64,000 bases of DNA from Nitrosopumilaceae archaeon (GCA_965200155.1 CBDATR010000024.1:64001-128000), one strand, 5' to 3'; shown: positions 21,311-32,969, numbered from the stretch's first letter. Notes: a model not told the origin generated them from the letters alone. Translations and numbers: made by a program.

Positions 21311-22441
21311 TCAGTCCGGATCCTCATACTGTTCTTTACGAGTAATCTTGACAGAGTCACGCTCCTGCATCTTGTCCGAGAGACCTTTCATACGCGCCTT
21401 GTACCCTTCGGCATATTCCAGCTCACTGGGAACCAGCGTTGCCGGATGAACAAAGCCCTGGCTACGTATTGCTATTGCCCTTTCAGTAGCTATTCGCCTT
21501 ATTACATCCCAGTCCGGCGTGGAGAACCCATCAAAGGGGCCTGTGAACATGCCATTGTGCATACTAAATACGGCGGCCTCCACTATGGGTATGCAGAAGT
21601 TTATGGTGGCTGCAGAGTTCAGAGTAACGGGCATCAGTGGCATATTGTGACTCCCCCGTGTGTTTCCTGCTACTAGGTGGGGGTTATTGAATACGCTACC
21701 CGCTTCCTCGGTGGCGGGGAATCTCTTTTGTGTCCGGACTATGCATATGGGATCATCCTTGCCCACATATGTCCCCGCTATATTGTGCAGACGATCTGTA
21801 GATGCCGCAAGTATGGGCTCGTCATCTTTTGTGGTCACTGACTCTATTACGTATCGGCCCGGATACATCAGGGCCGCCTCGAGTAGTGGTTTGTCCCCCC
21901 ACAGGTCGAGGGACGCAACCCTGCCCTCCTCTACGTCCATAATGTTGAATCGTACGCCTTCTGCCAGTGAATTATTGACTATAAGACCGGTGTTGCTTAT
22001 TGCATCCACAAATAGTCGGTACATGGGATAATTGAACGCTCCCGGTTCTGTCTTGTCCGCGGCGAACACAACAAACGCCTCGTTTGCCCTTTCCTCGAAT
22101 TCCATCTCCGCGGCTCCGGGCCCCATACCCTTTACGTTTCCAGAGAAGGAGTCGCTGAGCAGATCCTGGCCTGCACCATACAGACCCTGATTCCTGGCCG
22201 CTTGTGTACCTGCCATAAACGCGTCCCATACCAAGCCGTGTATGTCCTGATTATCCGTTCCCTTGGTATGACTCATTATGATATGGACATCATCGCCACA
22301 GTATCCTATGTAGTAATCTAGGAGTATGTCCTTTGAATCCTGTACGGTATCCCGAACAGCATTGAGTAATCTGTCGCTGGGTCTGGTATGGCCACCGATT
22401 CCTCCCACGTCTGCCTTTATGGCCGAGACCGTTATTTTCAT
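21311..22441 (-). CDS. fbp: Fructose-1,6-bisphosphate aldolase/phosphatase (class V)
   Basis: KADVGG, GLYGAGQDLL, DKTEPGAFN, YVGKDDP, RGSH. Confidence 0.97.
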   Translation of the reverse strand: MKITVSAIKADVGGIGGHTRPSDRLLNAVRDTVQDSKDILLDYYIGYCGDDVHIIMSHTKGTDNQDIHGLVWDAFMAGTQAARNQGLYGAGQDLLSDSFSGNVKGMGPGAAEMEFEERANEAFVVFAADKTEPGAFNYPMYRLFVDAISNTGLIVNNSLAEGVRFNIMDVEEGRVASLDLWGDKPLLEAALMYPGRYVIESVTTKDDEPILAASTDRLHNIAGTYVGKDDPICIVRTQKRFPATEEAGSVFNNPHLVAGNTRGSHNMPLMPVTLNSAATINFCIPIVEAAVFSMHNGMFTGPFDGFSTPDWDVIRRIATERAIAIRSQGFVHPATLVPSELEYAEGYKARMKGLSDKMQERDSVKITRKEQYEDPD

Positions 22442-22606
22442 TGTATTGTTTTGCCATATACTTTGATTTATTTGTTGAATTTTGGGACTCTGCTCCGCGT
22501 ATACTGTATGGCTATGCTGGGCATCCCATACCTGCTTGGCGGTTCTCTGATGATGTGGCGAACGCACTTGCCGCGCGTAACATTGTCCGGGATTTATGCC
22601 ATGAAT

Positions 22607-22876
22607 CTAGCGCATCATGTGCTCCACTAGTCCCCGCACAAACCCCTCAAACTCCGAGTCATCAAAGCGTATGGTGGTGTGATTGGCACCGGCTTGCTGT
22701 TTTAAGTGATTGCAAGAATGGTTTGGATCAAAGTAGTATCCGAGACATGAACAGTAACTTGTATCGGGATCCAGCCAGTACTCATCTTCCCGGCCCACCA
22801 CAGTCCACAACCGCCTACCACTGGGCTCAAAGATGTGAAGCTTTACTCTCCTTGGGGCGTCATGGCTCATTGTCAT
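22607..22876 (-). CDS. SWIM-type zinc-finger small protein
   Basis: YCSC...CNH motif. Confidence 0.7.
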   Translation of the reverse strand: MTMSHDAPRRVKLHIFEPSGRRLWTVVGREDEYWLDPDTSYCSCLGYYFDPNHSCNHLKQQAGANHTTIRFDDSEFEGFVRGLVEHMMR

Positions 22877-22991
22877 ATGGGAATAAGACATTCTAGTAAA
22901 ATTTTGTGTGGCGCATTGCTACATGGGTTCACGCATATGCACTACTGGAATTAGCCCGTACTCAAGAACAAATACGTGACCTGTATTGTTC

Positions 22992-25900
22992 CTATATTTC
23001 GTAGGGCCTGATGGAGTCTCGGGTAGTCTTGTTTGTTCTCATCCATTCTAGCGTATTGATGAAAGCGTCCGCCAACTCCACCGTAGTAAGAACGGGTATG
23101 CCCAGTTCCAGTGCCTTCCGGCGAATCTGGTATTCGTCCTCCAGCATACCCACATACTTTTCCAGCGTACTGGTACTGGGTATGTTTATGATAAAGTCTA
23201 CCTCGCCTTTATACAACAGATCCGCGATATTTGGCTGCCGATCAGGCTCAGATATCTTGTGCACCACCTTGATGGCGCCCAGTTTCTCCTCGAAGAATTC
23301 TGCGGTATGCTCTGTGGCCAGTATGTTGAATCCCATGGGTATGAGTTTGGCTATGCTGGGCAGCAACACTTCCTTATTCCGCAGGCCTCCTGCAGTTACA
23401 AGAACCGTACCATTTGTGGGCAGGTTATACCCCACTGCAATCAACCCTTTTGTGAGCGCGTCATAAAAGCTCTCTCCAAAACATGCAGCCTCGCCGGTTG
23501 AATGCATCTCCACACCTAACGTTAGATCCGCGCCCTCCAGCTGCATAAACGAGAATTGTGGTACCTTTATTCCAAAGTTGTCGAGATGCCGCCATTTCTC
23601 CACGGGAATGTCCGAGAGGGCCTCACCCATTATGGCCTTGGATGCCAGCGTTATCAGGTTCATCCGTATCAGTTTCGACACAAAAGGCATGGAGCGTGAT
23701 GCCCTGACGTTCAATTCTATTACGTATGCAAGATCGTCATGTATCAAAAATTGTAGGTTAAATGGTCCCCGTATGTTAAACGTTCTGGCTATCTTGGTGG
23801 AATACTCGGTTATTGTCTGGATGATCCTGTTACTCAGCCTCCATGGCGGTATGCACATCATTGCATCTCCGGAATGCACGCCAGCACTGTCTATGTGCTC
23901 CACTATGGCACCTATGATGACATTATTCCCGTCTGATATGCCATCTACATCCACCTCCAGCGAGTCCATCATGAACTTGGATATCACAACAGGGTGATCT
24001 GGCGATACGTTGGTTGCTTTCTGGGCGTATGTCTTTAGCTCCTCGGCAGACCAGACCACTTTCATTGCCGCTCCTGAGAGTACGTATGAGGGTCGCACTA
24101 GTACTGGAAATCCTACCTCCTGTGCGAACGCGCGCGCCTCTGTTATCTTGGAGAATGCCTGCCAGGATGGTTGCCGAATGTGAAGCTTGTCCATCTCTGC
24201 ACTAAACTTGGAACGATCTTCTGCGCGATCAATATCTGTGGCCGAGGTGCCCAGTATGCGTATGCCCGCGGCGGCCAATCCCGGAGTGAGGTTGTTGGCT
24301 GTCTGCCCGCCCACGCACGTAATTACTCCCTGGGGGTTCTCAAATTCGGCGATATCTCTTATGCGTTCGTGGGTGAGTTCCTCAAAGTACAGCCTGTTGC
24401 ATATGTCATAATCTGTGGATACCGTCTCCGGATTGCAGTTGACCACCACCGCGGGCGTATTGTTCTGTGCGCGTATACCCCAGACCATATTTACCGTGCC
24501 CCAATCAAACTCCACACTACTGCCTATGCGGTATGGACCGGCACCTACCACTATCACTGCACGCTCCTGCGGCTTTGGGATATCGTGGTCTATTCCGCCA
24601 TATGTCATGTATAGATAGTTCGTGGTAGCGGGCCATTCCGCGGCAAGGGAGTCTATCTGCTTGATGTATGGTTGTATGCCCATGCTTTGGCGCAACTGCC
24701 GTACGTATTCCTGATCCTGGGATATGGCACGTCCTATCTGGGAATCGGAGAATCCAGCCTTTTTGGCCTCCTCCATTAGGGAAGTATCCGGAATGCCCTC
24801 TCTCAGGCGGCCTGACACCTCCACTATGTGGCGGAGCTTCTCGACAAACCATGGGTTTATGGACGATAGTTTGGCTATGCGTTTGGTGTCAAATCCGTGC
24901 ATTATGGCGGCGCACACCAAGAATAGTATGCTATCATCAAAGTGGGTCAGCCTGTACTCTAGGTCCTCTTCGGTATACTTTGCCATATTCTGGCGGTTCA
25001 GCACCAGTCCGTCGGCCCCAATATCCAGCATACGTACCGCCTTTTGTACTGACTCCTCGAACGTATGGCCTATGCCCATCACCTCGCCCACCGACTTCAT
25101 GGTGGGTCCAAGCTTTCGCTCTACCAAGTCAAACTTTGCAAAGTCCCACCGGGGATGCTTGCACACTATATAGTCCAGGGATGGCTCAAAACAGGCCGTC
25201 GTCTTCTTGGTTATGGCATTGCTCATCTCGTGCAGACTGTAGCCAAGGCCTATCTTTGCAGACATGTATGCTAGGGGGTACCCTGTAGCCTTGCTTGCCA
25301 GTGCTGATGAGCGTGAAAGCCTGGGGTTGACCTCTATGGCTACATACTTTTCAGAATCAGGATCCAACGCAAACTGTATGTTACACTCTCCCACTATGCC
25401 TATATGATCCGCCGCCCGGAGGCCCGCGGATCTCAGCATGTGGTACTCCCGGTTGTTGAGTGTCTGGGATGGGGCCACGACTATATTGTCTCCTGTATGC
25501 GCCCTCATGGATAACACATTCTCCATGTTACATACAATTACACCGTTTCCTGTGGCGTCACGCATTATTTCGTACTCAATCTGTTTCCAGTCGCCTATGT
25601 ATTCCTCTATCAGTACCTGGCCTACCATGCTGGCCTTTATGCCTCGTTCCACTATTTCGTGCAGCTCCAATTCGTTGTGGGCTACCCCGCCGCCCTTGCC
25701 GCCCAGTGTATATGCCACTCGTATTATAACCGGGTATCCAAGCGCCTCTGCCACGCGTTTTGCGTCATCAAATCCCGTGACTGTCTCGCTGGGGAGCACT
25801 GGTACGCCACACTGTATCATGGCATCTTTGAATCGTTGTCTGTCTTCGGTCATCTGTATGCCGCTTATCTCTGTCCCCAACACTCTTACACCATATTTCT

Positions 25901-26248
25901 CAAGAATGCCATCCTCGTACAGCTTGACACCGCAGTTAAGGGCGGTCTGGCCCCCGTATGAGAGCATTATGGCATCGGGCCTCTCCTGCTCTATCACTGA
26001 TTCAACGTACTGGGGCGTAACAGGTAACAGATACACCTTGTCCACGAACCGGGTATCTGTTTGGATGGTAGCGATGTTTGGGTTTATCAGTATGCTTCGA
26101 ATTCCATCTTCCTGTATGGCCTTGAGACATTGACTACCGGAGTAGTCGAATTGGCGGCCGCTTAAAGGCGACTTTCGCCGGCTTCTCCGATCTTTATTGC
26201 CCCACTGCCTAATACCAGTATGCTATTCAGTGTATCATCTTTGGGCAG
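22992..26248 (-). CDS. carB: Carbamoyl-phosphate synthase large subunit, two exons (26248-26174 and 26150-22992), 1077 aa if spliced
   Basis: Exon 1 (CTG)PKDDTLNSILVLGSGAIKIGEAGE joins exon 2 FDYSGSQCLKA... in frame once 23 nt are removed; both ATP-grasp halves and the MGS domain are intact. Confidence 0.93.
26151..26173 (-). other. Putative bulge-helix-bulge/loop pre-mRNA intron (23 nt) in carB
   Basis: GGCG-AA^A-GUCGC-CUUUAA-GCGGC-CGCC-AA^U; 4-bp central helix, 3-nt bulge, 5-bp intron stem; carries an in-frame UAA. Confidence 0.85.
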
Positions 26249-27356
26249 TGCTTCCCTCCATCATTTTTTGCAGCTCCGCAAAGACAAACTCGCAGTCATA
26301 CGGACCAGGGGATGCTTCGGGATGAAACTGTACCGCTATGCACGGCTTCTCCTTGTGTCGTATACCTTCTACGGTGTTGTCATCGGTGTTTATGAACCAT
26401 AAGTCAAACTCCGAATCGGCCAGCGAATCGGTGTCTATCGCGTAACCATGATTCTGGCTGGTTACGTATACCTGGCCATCGGCCACATTCAGGCAGGACT
26501 TGTTCTGGCCTCGGTGGCCGTACTTTAGCTTGTATGTCTGTGCCCGTCCAGCCAGGCCAATTATCTGGGCGCCTAGACATATTCCCAACGTTGGGATGCC
26601 ATTATGTATCAGATTTTTGGCGGTGTTTATGGTATCCGGGCAATGTTGTGGATCGCCGGGTCCATTACTCAGTATGACACCAACAGGATCATGTGATAGT
26701 ATTTCCTCAATGGGTGTGTTATATGGCACCCTTACTGCCTTGTATCCCATTTTTACAACATTCCGGAGTATTGCATTCTTGATTCCCGCATCTATGACTA
26801 CAATGCTGCGCCCTTTACCATACTCCACTGCCTTGTCCACCGATACCTTCTCTACCAGCCTCTCCATTCCATATCTGGGCGCCTTATCCAGCTGGCTTTT
26901 GAGCTTCTCAACATCAATGGGATCCTCAGATACCGCCAAGGCAGCCATACGTACCCCGCTAATGCGAAGAGACTTTGTCAGTGAACGGGTATCAATACCG
27001 GATATTCCCGGAATCTTTTGGGAGTGCAACCACTGGTCCAGGGTCATTTCAAGACTCCAGTGACTGGCCGTCTCAGATATGCTTTGTACAACCAGCCCCC
27101 GTACCTGTATGCGGTCAGACTCAAAGTATTCAGTAATCCCGCTCTCGCTTACCTGATCAGGATTGGGAATCCCGTAGTTGCCCACCAGCGGATATGTTAT
27201 GGCCAGTATTTGTCCCCCGTATGAGGGATCAGTTAGTGTCTCTGTATAACCAACCATTCCAGTGTTGAATACGGCCTCGCCAAATACTGTCGTTGGATAC
27301 CCAAAACCCTGGCCCTCAAGCACTGTACCGTCATCCAGTATCATGCAACCGTGCAT
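26235..27356 (-). CDS. carA: Carbamoyl-phosphate synthase small subunit
   Basis: FNTGMVGY, SNGPGDP, GICLG, SQNHGY, QFHPE. Confidence 0.97.
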   Translation of the reverse strand: MHGCMILDDGTVLEGQGFGYPTTVFGEAVFNTGMVGYTETLTDPSYGGQILAITYPLVGNYGIPNPDQVSESGITEYFESDRIQVRGLVVQSISETASHWSLEMTLDQWLHSQKIPGISGIDTRSLTKSLRISGVRMAALAVSEDPIDVEKLKSQLDKAPRYGMERLVEKVSVDKAVEYGKGRSIVVIDAGIKNAILRNVVKMGYKAVRVPYNTPIEEILSHDPVGVILSNGPGDPQHCPDTINTAKNLIHNGIPTLGICLGAQIIGLAGRAQTYKLKYGHRGQNKSCLNVADGQVYVTSQNHGYAIDTDSLADSEFDLWFINTDDNTVEGIRHKEKPCIAVQFHPEASPGPYDCEFVFAELQKMMEGSTAQR

Positions 27357-27714
27357 ATTCGTGTAAGTGGACTTTTTTGTGGTTATTTTAAACCCTCATG
27401 AAGTACAAGGAACTAGAAATTTAAACGTAACAACCCTTGGCTCACTCCATATTGTGGACGCGTTCATGCATTGGATATTTGGTGAAATGCGCACAATTTG
27501 TTGACAAGATTTGGTCTGTAGTCTGAATTTGTCACTATATTATACCGGAATAGATCTACCGAGAATGTTTCATACACCGCAAGTGTCTGATAATCACGGG
27601 ATTTGACGAAATACTGATTTTGTATCTTGTGCGCCTAGCCGGTATCATGATAGCCTAAAGTGTGTTCTGAGTGCCATATACTGGCATCTTGGCAGATTTC
27701 TATGCGCCAATAAC

Positions 27715-29014
27715 TAGTTTGCTGCATAACTCCAAACAAGTTAGATTAGAAATATGTGAGGAATGGTTTGAGTATTTTCGTTCATTCTGTCAGTGATTAC
27801 TAGATTGGATCCAAGCATTAATAGCTGAGATTTTTTAAACAAACTTGATGGTATTCACCGACAATGCCAAGTACGTCCAGCGGAAGGCTATTTGGCTTTG
27901 ATCATGTATGGGATTGAAAAGGCCAACCATAAAGGAGGGTGCTCCCTGCCAGTATGCAGTGGGCATATTACATGACACTGAGAACGGCATTAGGTATGAG
28001 ATACAGGCAGGTATCCGGATTCCTTGCAGGACTACTGGAAAGGCACCAAACCCCGTACTACTCCACTATACAGACGCGGAAGAGATTGGCATAGACAAGG
28101 GGAATGACATGATTATTGGCACAGACAAAAAGCTGACTAGAACCATGATTGTGGACTCGACCGGCCTTGAATCGTGGTGAGTGGATAAGAGCCAAATGGA
28201 AAAAGAGGCGCGGATTCATCAGTGCTCGCGGACTGGGAGAGCATATGCATTTACGGTTACCGGCGAGTGGGTTGGGGATACGCGCATGTTAAACAATGCA
28301 GTACTGGGCTCGTATGCAGAAGAGCCACAACTGGACAGGGAGCACACCCTGGAATTGGAAAGTTCCGGACCCATTGCAACAGTTGCCATTTCTGGCAGGA
28401 TCAACAGATAAGCCACCACCCGGAAACGCGCTGACTAACGGTGTGTCCCCCTTATCTAATAATGATGAAAAGCGCGCATTTAATCTGGAATTACTTGTGG
28501 ATGACACATACGCATCCAGGGATAACATGAAATTGTGCAGTCATAATCGAATCCGGACAACCATTCCACTTCAGCTAAATTCCACCAAAGGAAAGGCAAC
28601 TCATGGGGACTTGCAGTCTTGGAGGAAGTCCGGAATCGCCCATTTTCCATGTGAGTTCACCTGTGTCTAAATTTACGCACAACTGATCGCGACAGTTAAT
28701 GTGATTTGTGCATAAGATTCCGGAAGACGTGAACTCATACCATTTTCCGCCTTTCTGATGAGGAAAAGGTTGAAAACAAGCAGTACTGGAAGGCGGCAAA
28801 AGGATACAACAGGCGATGGATAATTGAGATGATCAGAGTCGATTCCCGTTCAAACGATTATTCGGGCACGGATTAATGGAGAGGAAATGTGATAACATAG
28901 TACAGGAAATCACAATGAGGGTAGCCAAGTACAACGAGTGGGTGGACGCGGCAGCAACGTAGATCACGACATGGGGAACCTGTATTCTGTCAAAGTCAGT
29001 TATGCAACAAACTC
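27715..29014 (+). mobile_element. Degenerate IS5-family (IS903-like) element with pseudogenised transposase
   Basis: TIRs AGTTTGCTGCATAACT / AGTTATGCAACAAACT; fragments IVDSTGL, DDTYAS...IP; many stops and frameshifts. Confidence 0.75.
28649..28740 (-). mobile_element. IS66-derived MITE (92 bp), copy 2
   Basis: TSD CATTTTCC; lies inside the IS5 remnant. Confidence 0.93.
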
Positions 29015-29021
29015 CAAATAA

Positions 29022-30063
29022 TCAATAGTACGAAAAGTAAGTCCGCTTAGGATCCGGCGTACAGTAGCTGACTATTTCAGATTGCACAAGCCAGATGGTA
29101 AAGAGAATAACAGAGGAATCAAGACAGTACATCATAAGACAACGCAAAAGAGGCGTTGCCGCCACCAAAATAGCTCAAGACCGGAACATCAGTTCAAGAC
29201 ATGTACGAAGATTGTGAACCAGAGAACGGGAACGACTCGAGTAAAGATGGGCAGGCCTATTATACCAATCACCGCCACCCAGATACGAATGGTAACTGAA
29301 GCATATCACAAGGATCCCGCCGGAGTAGTATGTATTGCAAAGAGGCTTAGACAGAATTACAATATATCATATCGCGCAGTATATCGCATAATGAAAAAGA
29401 ACGGTACGGCAGGATCATCACCTGCAAAGTCAAGAAGACGAAAGTGGGTACGCTATGAGCGTAAATATTCCAATGCAATGTGGCACGTAGACTGGCATGT
29501 CATGAAAGATGAGCGCTTCAAGGGACTGAATCTCATCACATACCTTGATGATGCATCTAGGTGCATCGTCGGAGCGGCACTATTTGAGCATGCAACCTCA
29601 GAGAACGCCGTTCTATTACTGAGACTGGCGATAAAGAGATTCGGCGCCCCTGCATCCATACTATCGGATAACGGCGCGTGTTTCGTAGGACAGAATAGTC
29701 ACAAAAAGGGCAAAAAGAACTGGAAACCCACACTATTCGAGGAAGAACTGCTGGATCAAGACATCATACTAATCAATTCCAGGCCATACCACCCGCAGAC
29801 AAATGGCAAACTGGAGCGCTTCCATAGAACGATTGAGGACGAGGGGACTCTTATTTAAGAGTCCAATGAGATATGGTATTATGACAGTCTCCGGGATTAT
29901 GTGGACTACTACAATGAGAGAAGATTGCACTTCTCACTGGATATAGATAACGGCGAAACGCCGCTTCAGGAATAAAAAGGCGACCCAGACAATTAGGGCA
30001 AATGATGCAAAATGGATGGAGCGGGATACCAATGACTAGCGGACCGACTTTTCATACATTACA
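29022..30063 (+). mobile_element. IS481-family element, frameshifted transposase (ORF 29082-29858)
   Basis: WHVD, YLDDASR, LSDNG, PQTNGKLERFHRT; imperfect TIRs; 15-bp flanking direct repeat ACAAACTCCAAATAA. Confidence 0.88.
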
Positions 30064-30115
30064 ACAAACTCCAAATAACACAAACTCTATAATGCTTGAG
30101 ATATTTTGTCATGTC

Positions 30116-30460
30116 ATGGAAGAGAAACGTGGGTACATTAGTCGCGCCCTAAGTGGGACAGACAAGATTATACGTGAAAGCGTAGCTGCCGCGGATCATG
30201 TCATAGAGGGGGCCGTAGAAACGGGCCGTCCCGTAGCTGAGGAAGTGGGCAAAATCGGTGATCAAATAGGCAGAGATGTTACTAGCGCCTCCAAGTCCGG
30301 CGCCAAAATGGTAATGAATGGCGTGGGCGGTGTAACCGGATCAGTAAAGGGTAACGATGCAGTTGAAACGCTGGAGCGGCTGGGGTACCTGTGGAAGGAA
30401 GGCCTGATTACGGATCAGGAATTCCAAGATGTGAAACGTAGATTATTGGCGCGGATATGA
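30116..30460 (+). CDS. SHOCT-domain protein
   Basis: C-terminal LERLGYLWKEGLITDQEFQDVKRRLL. Confidence 0.75.
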   Translation: MEEKRGYISRALSGTDKIIRESVAAADHVIEGAVETGRPVAEEVGKIGDQIGRDVTSASKSGAKMVMNGVGGVTGSVKGNDAVETLERLGYLWKEGLITDQEFQDVKRRLLARI

Positions 30461-30464
30461 TTTT

Positions 30465-30914
30465 ATGGGAAAGTCTAATATCTTCGGCGCTGATGAGCAA
30501 AGAGAGGTAAATCCTAACTGGTTCACCGATAGAGTCTGGATGAAAGTGTTATCTAATAAAATAGGTGCAGACAAGCAAGATGTCTATCATGTTCACTTTC
30601 CGGGTGGCGCACGCACAAAGATTCACAAACACAATGGATCCCAATTACTTATAGTCACAGAAGGACGCGGGAGTCTGGAAATGTACAAGACAGATGGAAC
30701 AGGGGATGCCTTCGACATAGAGAAACTAGAGGATATACCATTGCTCACCGGAGATGTGGTGCATATACCACAAGATACACTGCACACTCATGGCTCAACT
30801 GATGAATCCAAAATTTTCTCCCATATTGCGATAAATAACAGGCCCTGCGGTGTGGGCGAATATGTAACTCAATGGTACGAGTCCACCGGAAACCAGGTTA
30901 CCGCCAGAATATGA
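30465..30914 (+). CDS. Cupin-domain protein
   Basis: HKH...Q...EG and GDVVHIP...HTHG cupin motifs. Confidence 0.85.
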   Translation: MGKSNIFGADEQREVNPNWFTDRVWMKVLSNKIGADKQDVYHVHFPGGARTKIHKHNGSQLLIVTEGRGSLEMYKTDGTGDAFDIEKLEDIPLLTGDVVHIPQDTLHTHGSTDESKIFSHIAINNRPCGVGEYVTQWYESTGNQVTARI

Positions 30915-31021
30915 TACATGTTATGGCCTTTTTTAACTAATTTTAATAGATTGGATGTATCTGAATCAAAGAATCATATTAAAAACGCGGAAATGTATTT
31001 GATATTTTGTGGTACATTTGG

Positions 31022-31113
31022 GTATGAGTTCACGTCTTCCGGAATCTTGTGCACAAATCACATTAACTGTCGCGATCAGTTGTGCGTAAATTTAGACACA
31101 GGTGAACTCATAC
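31022..31113 (+). mobile_element. IS66-derived MITE (92 bp), copy 3
   Basis: Perfect TIRs, no local TSD; left flank ACATTTGG recurs at 33886-33893. Confidence 0.93.
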
Positions 31114-31268
31114 AGATATTTTTCAAAAATTTCTTGTACCTGGTATGCTTGTGCATAATGTGTAAATTATGCAACCCGGATACTACGAGATCTTCCCGGA
31201 ATTCCTCACGACTGCCATCATATACCTGACTTAATTTACGATATACCTTTAGCATTCGAATTACATGC

Positions 31269-32969
31269 GTATGAGTTCACGTGTTTTGATCATTCACTAA
31301 GATATAGATTGGTATGGCAATATTTTACTTAAATACCAAATTTGCAATAAGAATCTAATGAGAAGACGCCGGTCCTATAAGGAATTGGAACTGGAAAATA
31401 AACTTCTTCAGGATACCCTTGCGTCTATCAAGAAAGATATTGAGGATTACAAGAAAGATCTTGCACATTACAAGGAACGTGTGAGAGTATTGGAAGCATA
31501 TATGTCACACACCATAAAAGAAATACGAAATCTCACACAAGATTTCCAAATTATTAGAAATTATGTAAGTGAATTAAAAGAGGAATTAGTAGAAAAAGAC
31601 AGGAAAATTGTGGTACTCACAACGCGACTTAAATATTATGAGAATGCTCACTCGCCACCATCCCTTCAATCCCTCCAGTACAAGAAGCGAAAACAGGAGG
31701 AGCAGAAGCGAAAACAGGGAGATAATAAGCAACAGAAAGAAGCCAGTACGAAATCAGCCAAAAAGGCTGGCGCTCAAAAGGGACACAAGGGGGTTTCCCG
31801 TTCCCACAACCCCGGCAGAGTAGTGCATCACACCTTTGAGTACACACCAATATGTGAGTGCGGCAATATAATGACAAAAATTGGTTGGAAACAACGACAC
31901 ATAACGGAATTAATACCAGCCAAAATAGAGGAGACCCTTCATGTGATAGAAATGGCTGCATGCAAGTGCGGCAAAAAACAACTGGCCCCAGCAGCTGGCG
32001 TCCCAAAGAGTGGTAGTTTTGGGGTTCAATTATGCGGTGCCATCACTGCATTGCGTGCGGAAAAGATTCCAATAAAACGCATACCTGTAATTTCGAAGGA
32101 TCTCTTCGGCCTAAATATATCGGTGGGTGCAGTAAACAACATAATTGCCAGGGCCGCCGATGCATGTGAATCATTTATGGAAACAATTCATGAGAATATA
32201 ATAAAATCACCCAGCATTCATGTGGACGAAACTGGTATATCACTGGCGGGTAGGCGTGGTTGGGTATGGGGGATGCGGGCCGAAGAGTGGATGATGTCCA
32301 TATATGACAAAAGTAGGAGTTCAAATGTAGTGAACAAATACCTTAACGGTTACCAGGGAGCGATAGTAACGGACAGGTACGTTGTGTACCGCCGGTTTGA
32401 TGACGGTGGGAAGCACCAGTTGTGTTGGGCGCATTTATTGCGCGATACCCAGGCATTACATGCAGGATTCTATATTGATCCCGGTGCTCAGGACACCCGG
32501 ATCAAACTTGACAACGACCTGAAAGGATTGTTCCGGAGCGCACGGGAATCCCTGAATCACTGCGGGCCGTCCGCGCAATTACGACACTCATTTGAGACAG
32601 GAGCAGAATCCATTCTGCATCAGTACTGTGATGTTGATGATACTGAACTACAAAAGAAGGTAAAAGGATTGAATAAGGCCATACCATGCATGTTCGTATT
32701 CTTAGAATATGACAGTGTAGAGCCCACCAACAATCCAGCGGAGCAGTGGAACCGGTTCTGATACGCAGTGGTATTCCGCAAGATTGGTGGCCAGATAAAG
32801 GGTGGCGAAAGGGCCATGCGCCGCATGTCCACATTCGTATCATGCGTTCAGACATGGAGGGCTCAAGGCCTTTCTGTAATGAACGAGGTTGCTGCCAGAA
32901 TGCAGTTATAATTAAAAAAACTGGGACGCATTCTATCTTATTATGTGATCAAAACACGTGAACTCATAC
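31269..32969 (+). mobile_element. IS66-family (single-ORF, ISBst12-like) element
   Basis: TIR GTATGAGTTCACGTGTTTTGATCA; 8-bp TSD TTACATGC. Confidence 0.95.
31358..32911 (+). pseudogene. IS66 transposase with in-frame TGA at 32759-32761
   Basis: Coiled coil, GAQKGH, HVDETG, TDRY, CWAHLLR, PTNNPAE; C-terminal YAVVFRKI...QTW continues in frame after the stop. Confidence 0.9.

Noticed and set aside
19070-22567. N-terminal extensions of lig and fbp in the ORF track (likewise alaS, thiL and the SHOCT protein)
   Set aside because: They overlap neighbouring genes, promoters or IS ends; downstream ATGs fit the expected N-termini better.
26151-26173. carB as a simple pseudogene, or the insert as a NotI cloning-linker artefact (GCGGCCGC at 26154-26161)
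   Set aside because: The other 3.2 kb has no lesions, carA is intact, and the insert pairs with the upstream exon so that canonical endonuclease cuts restore the motif exactly. An artefact is unlikely but needs read confirmation.
26140-26180. Programmed ribosomal frameshift as the carB rescue mechanism
   Set aside because: It would leave about eight extra residues inside the conserved GEAGEFDYS motif; splicing restores the motif with none.
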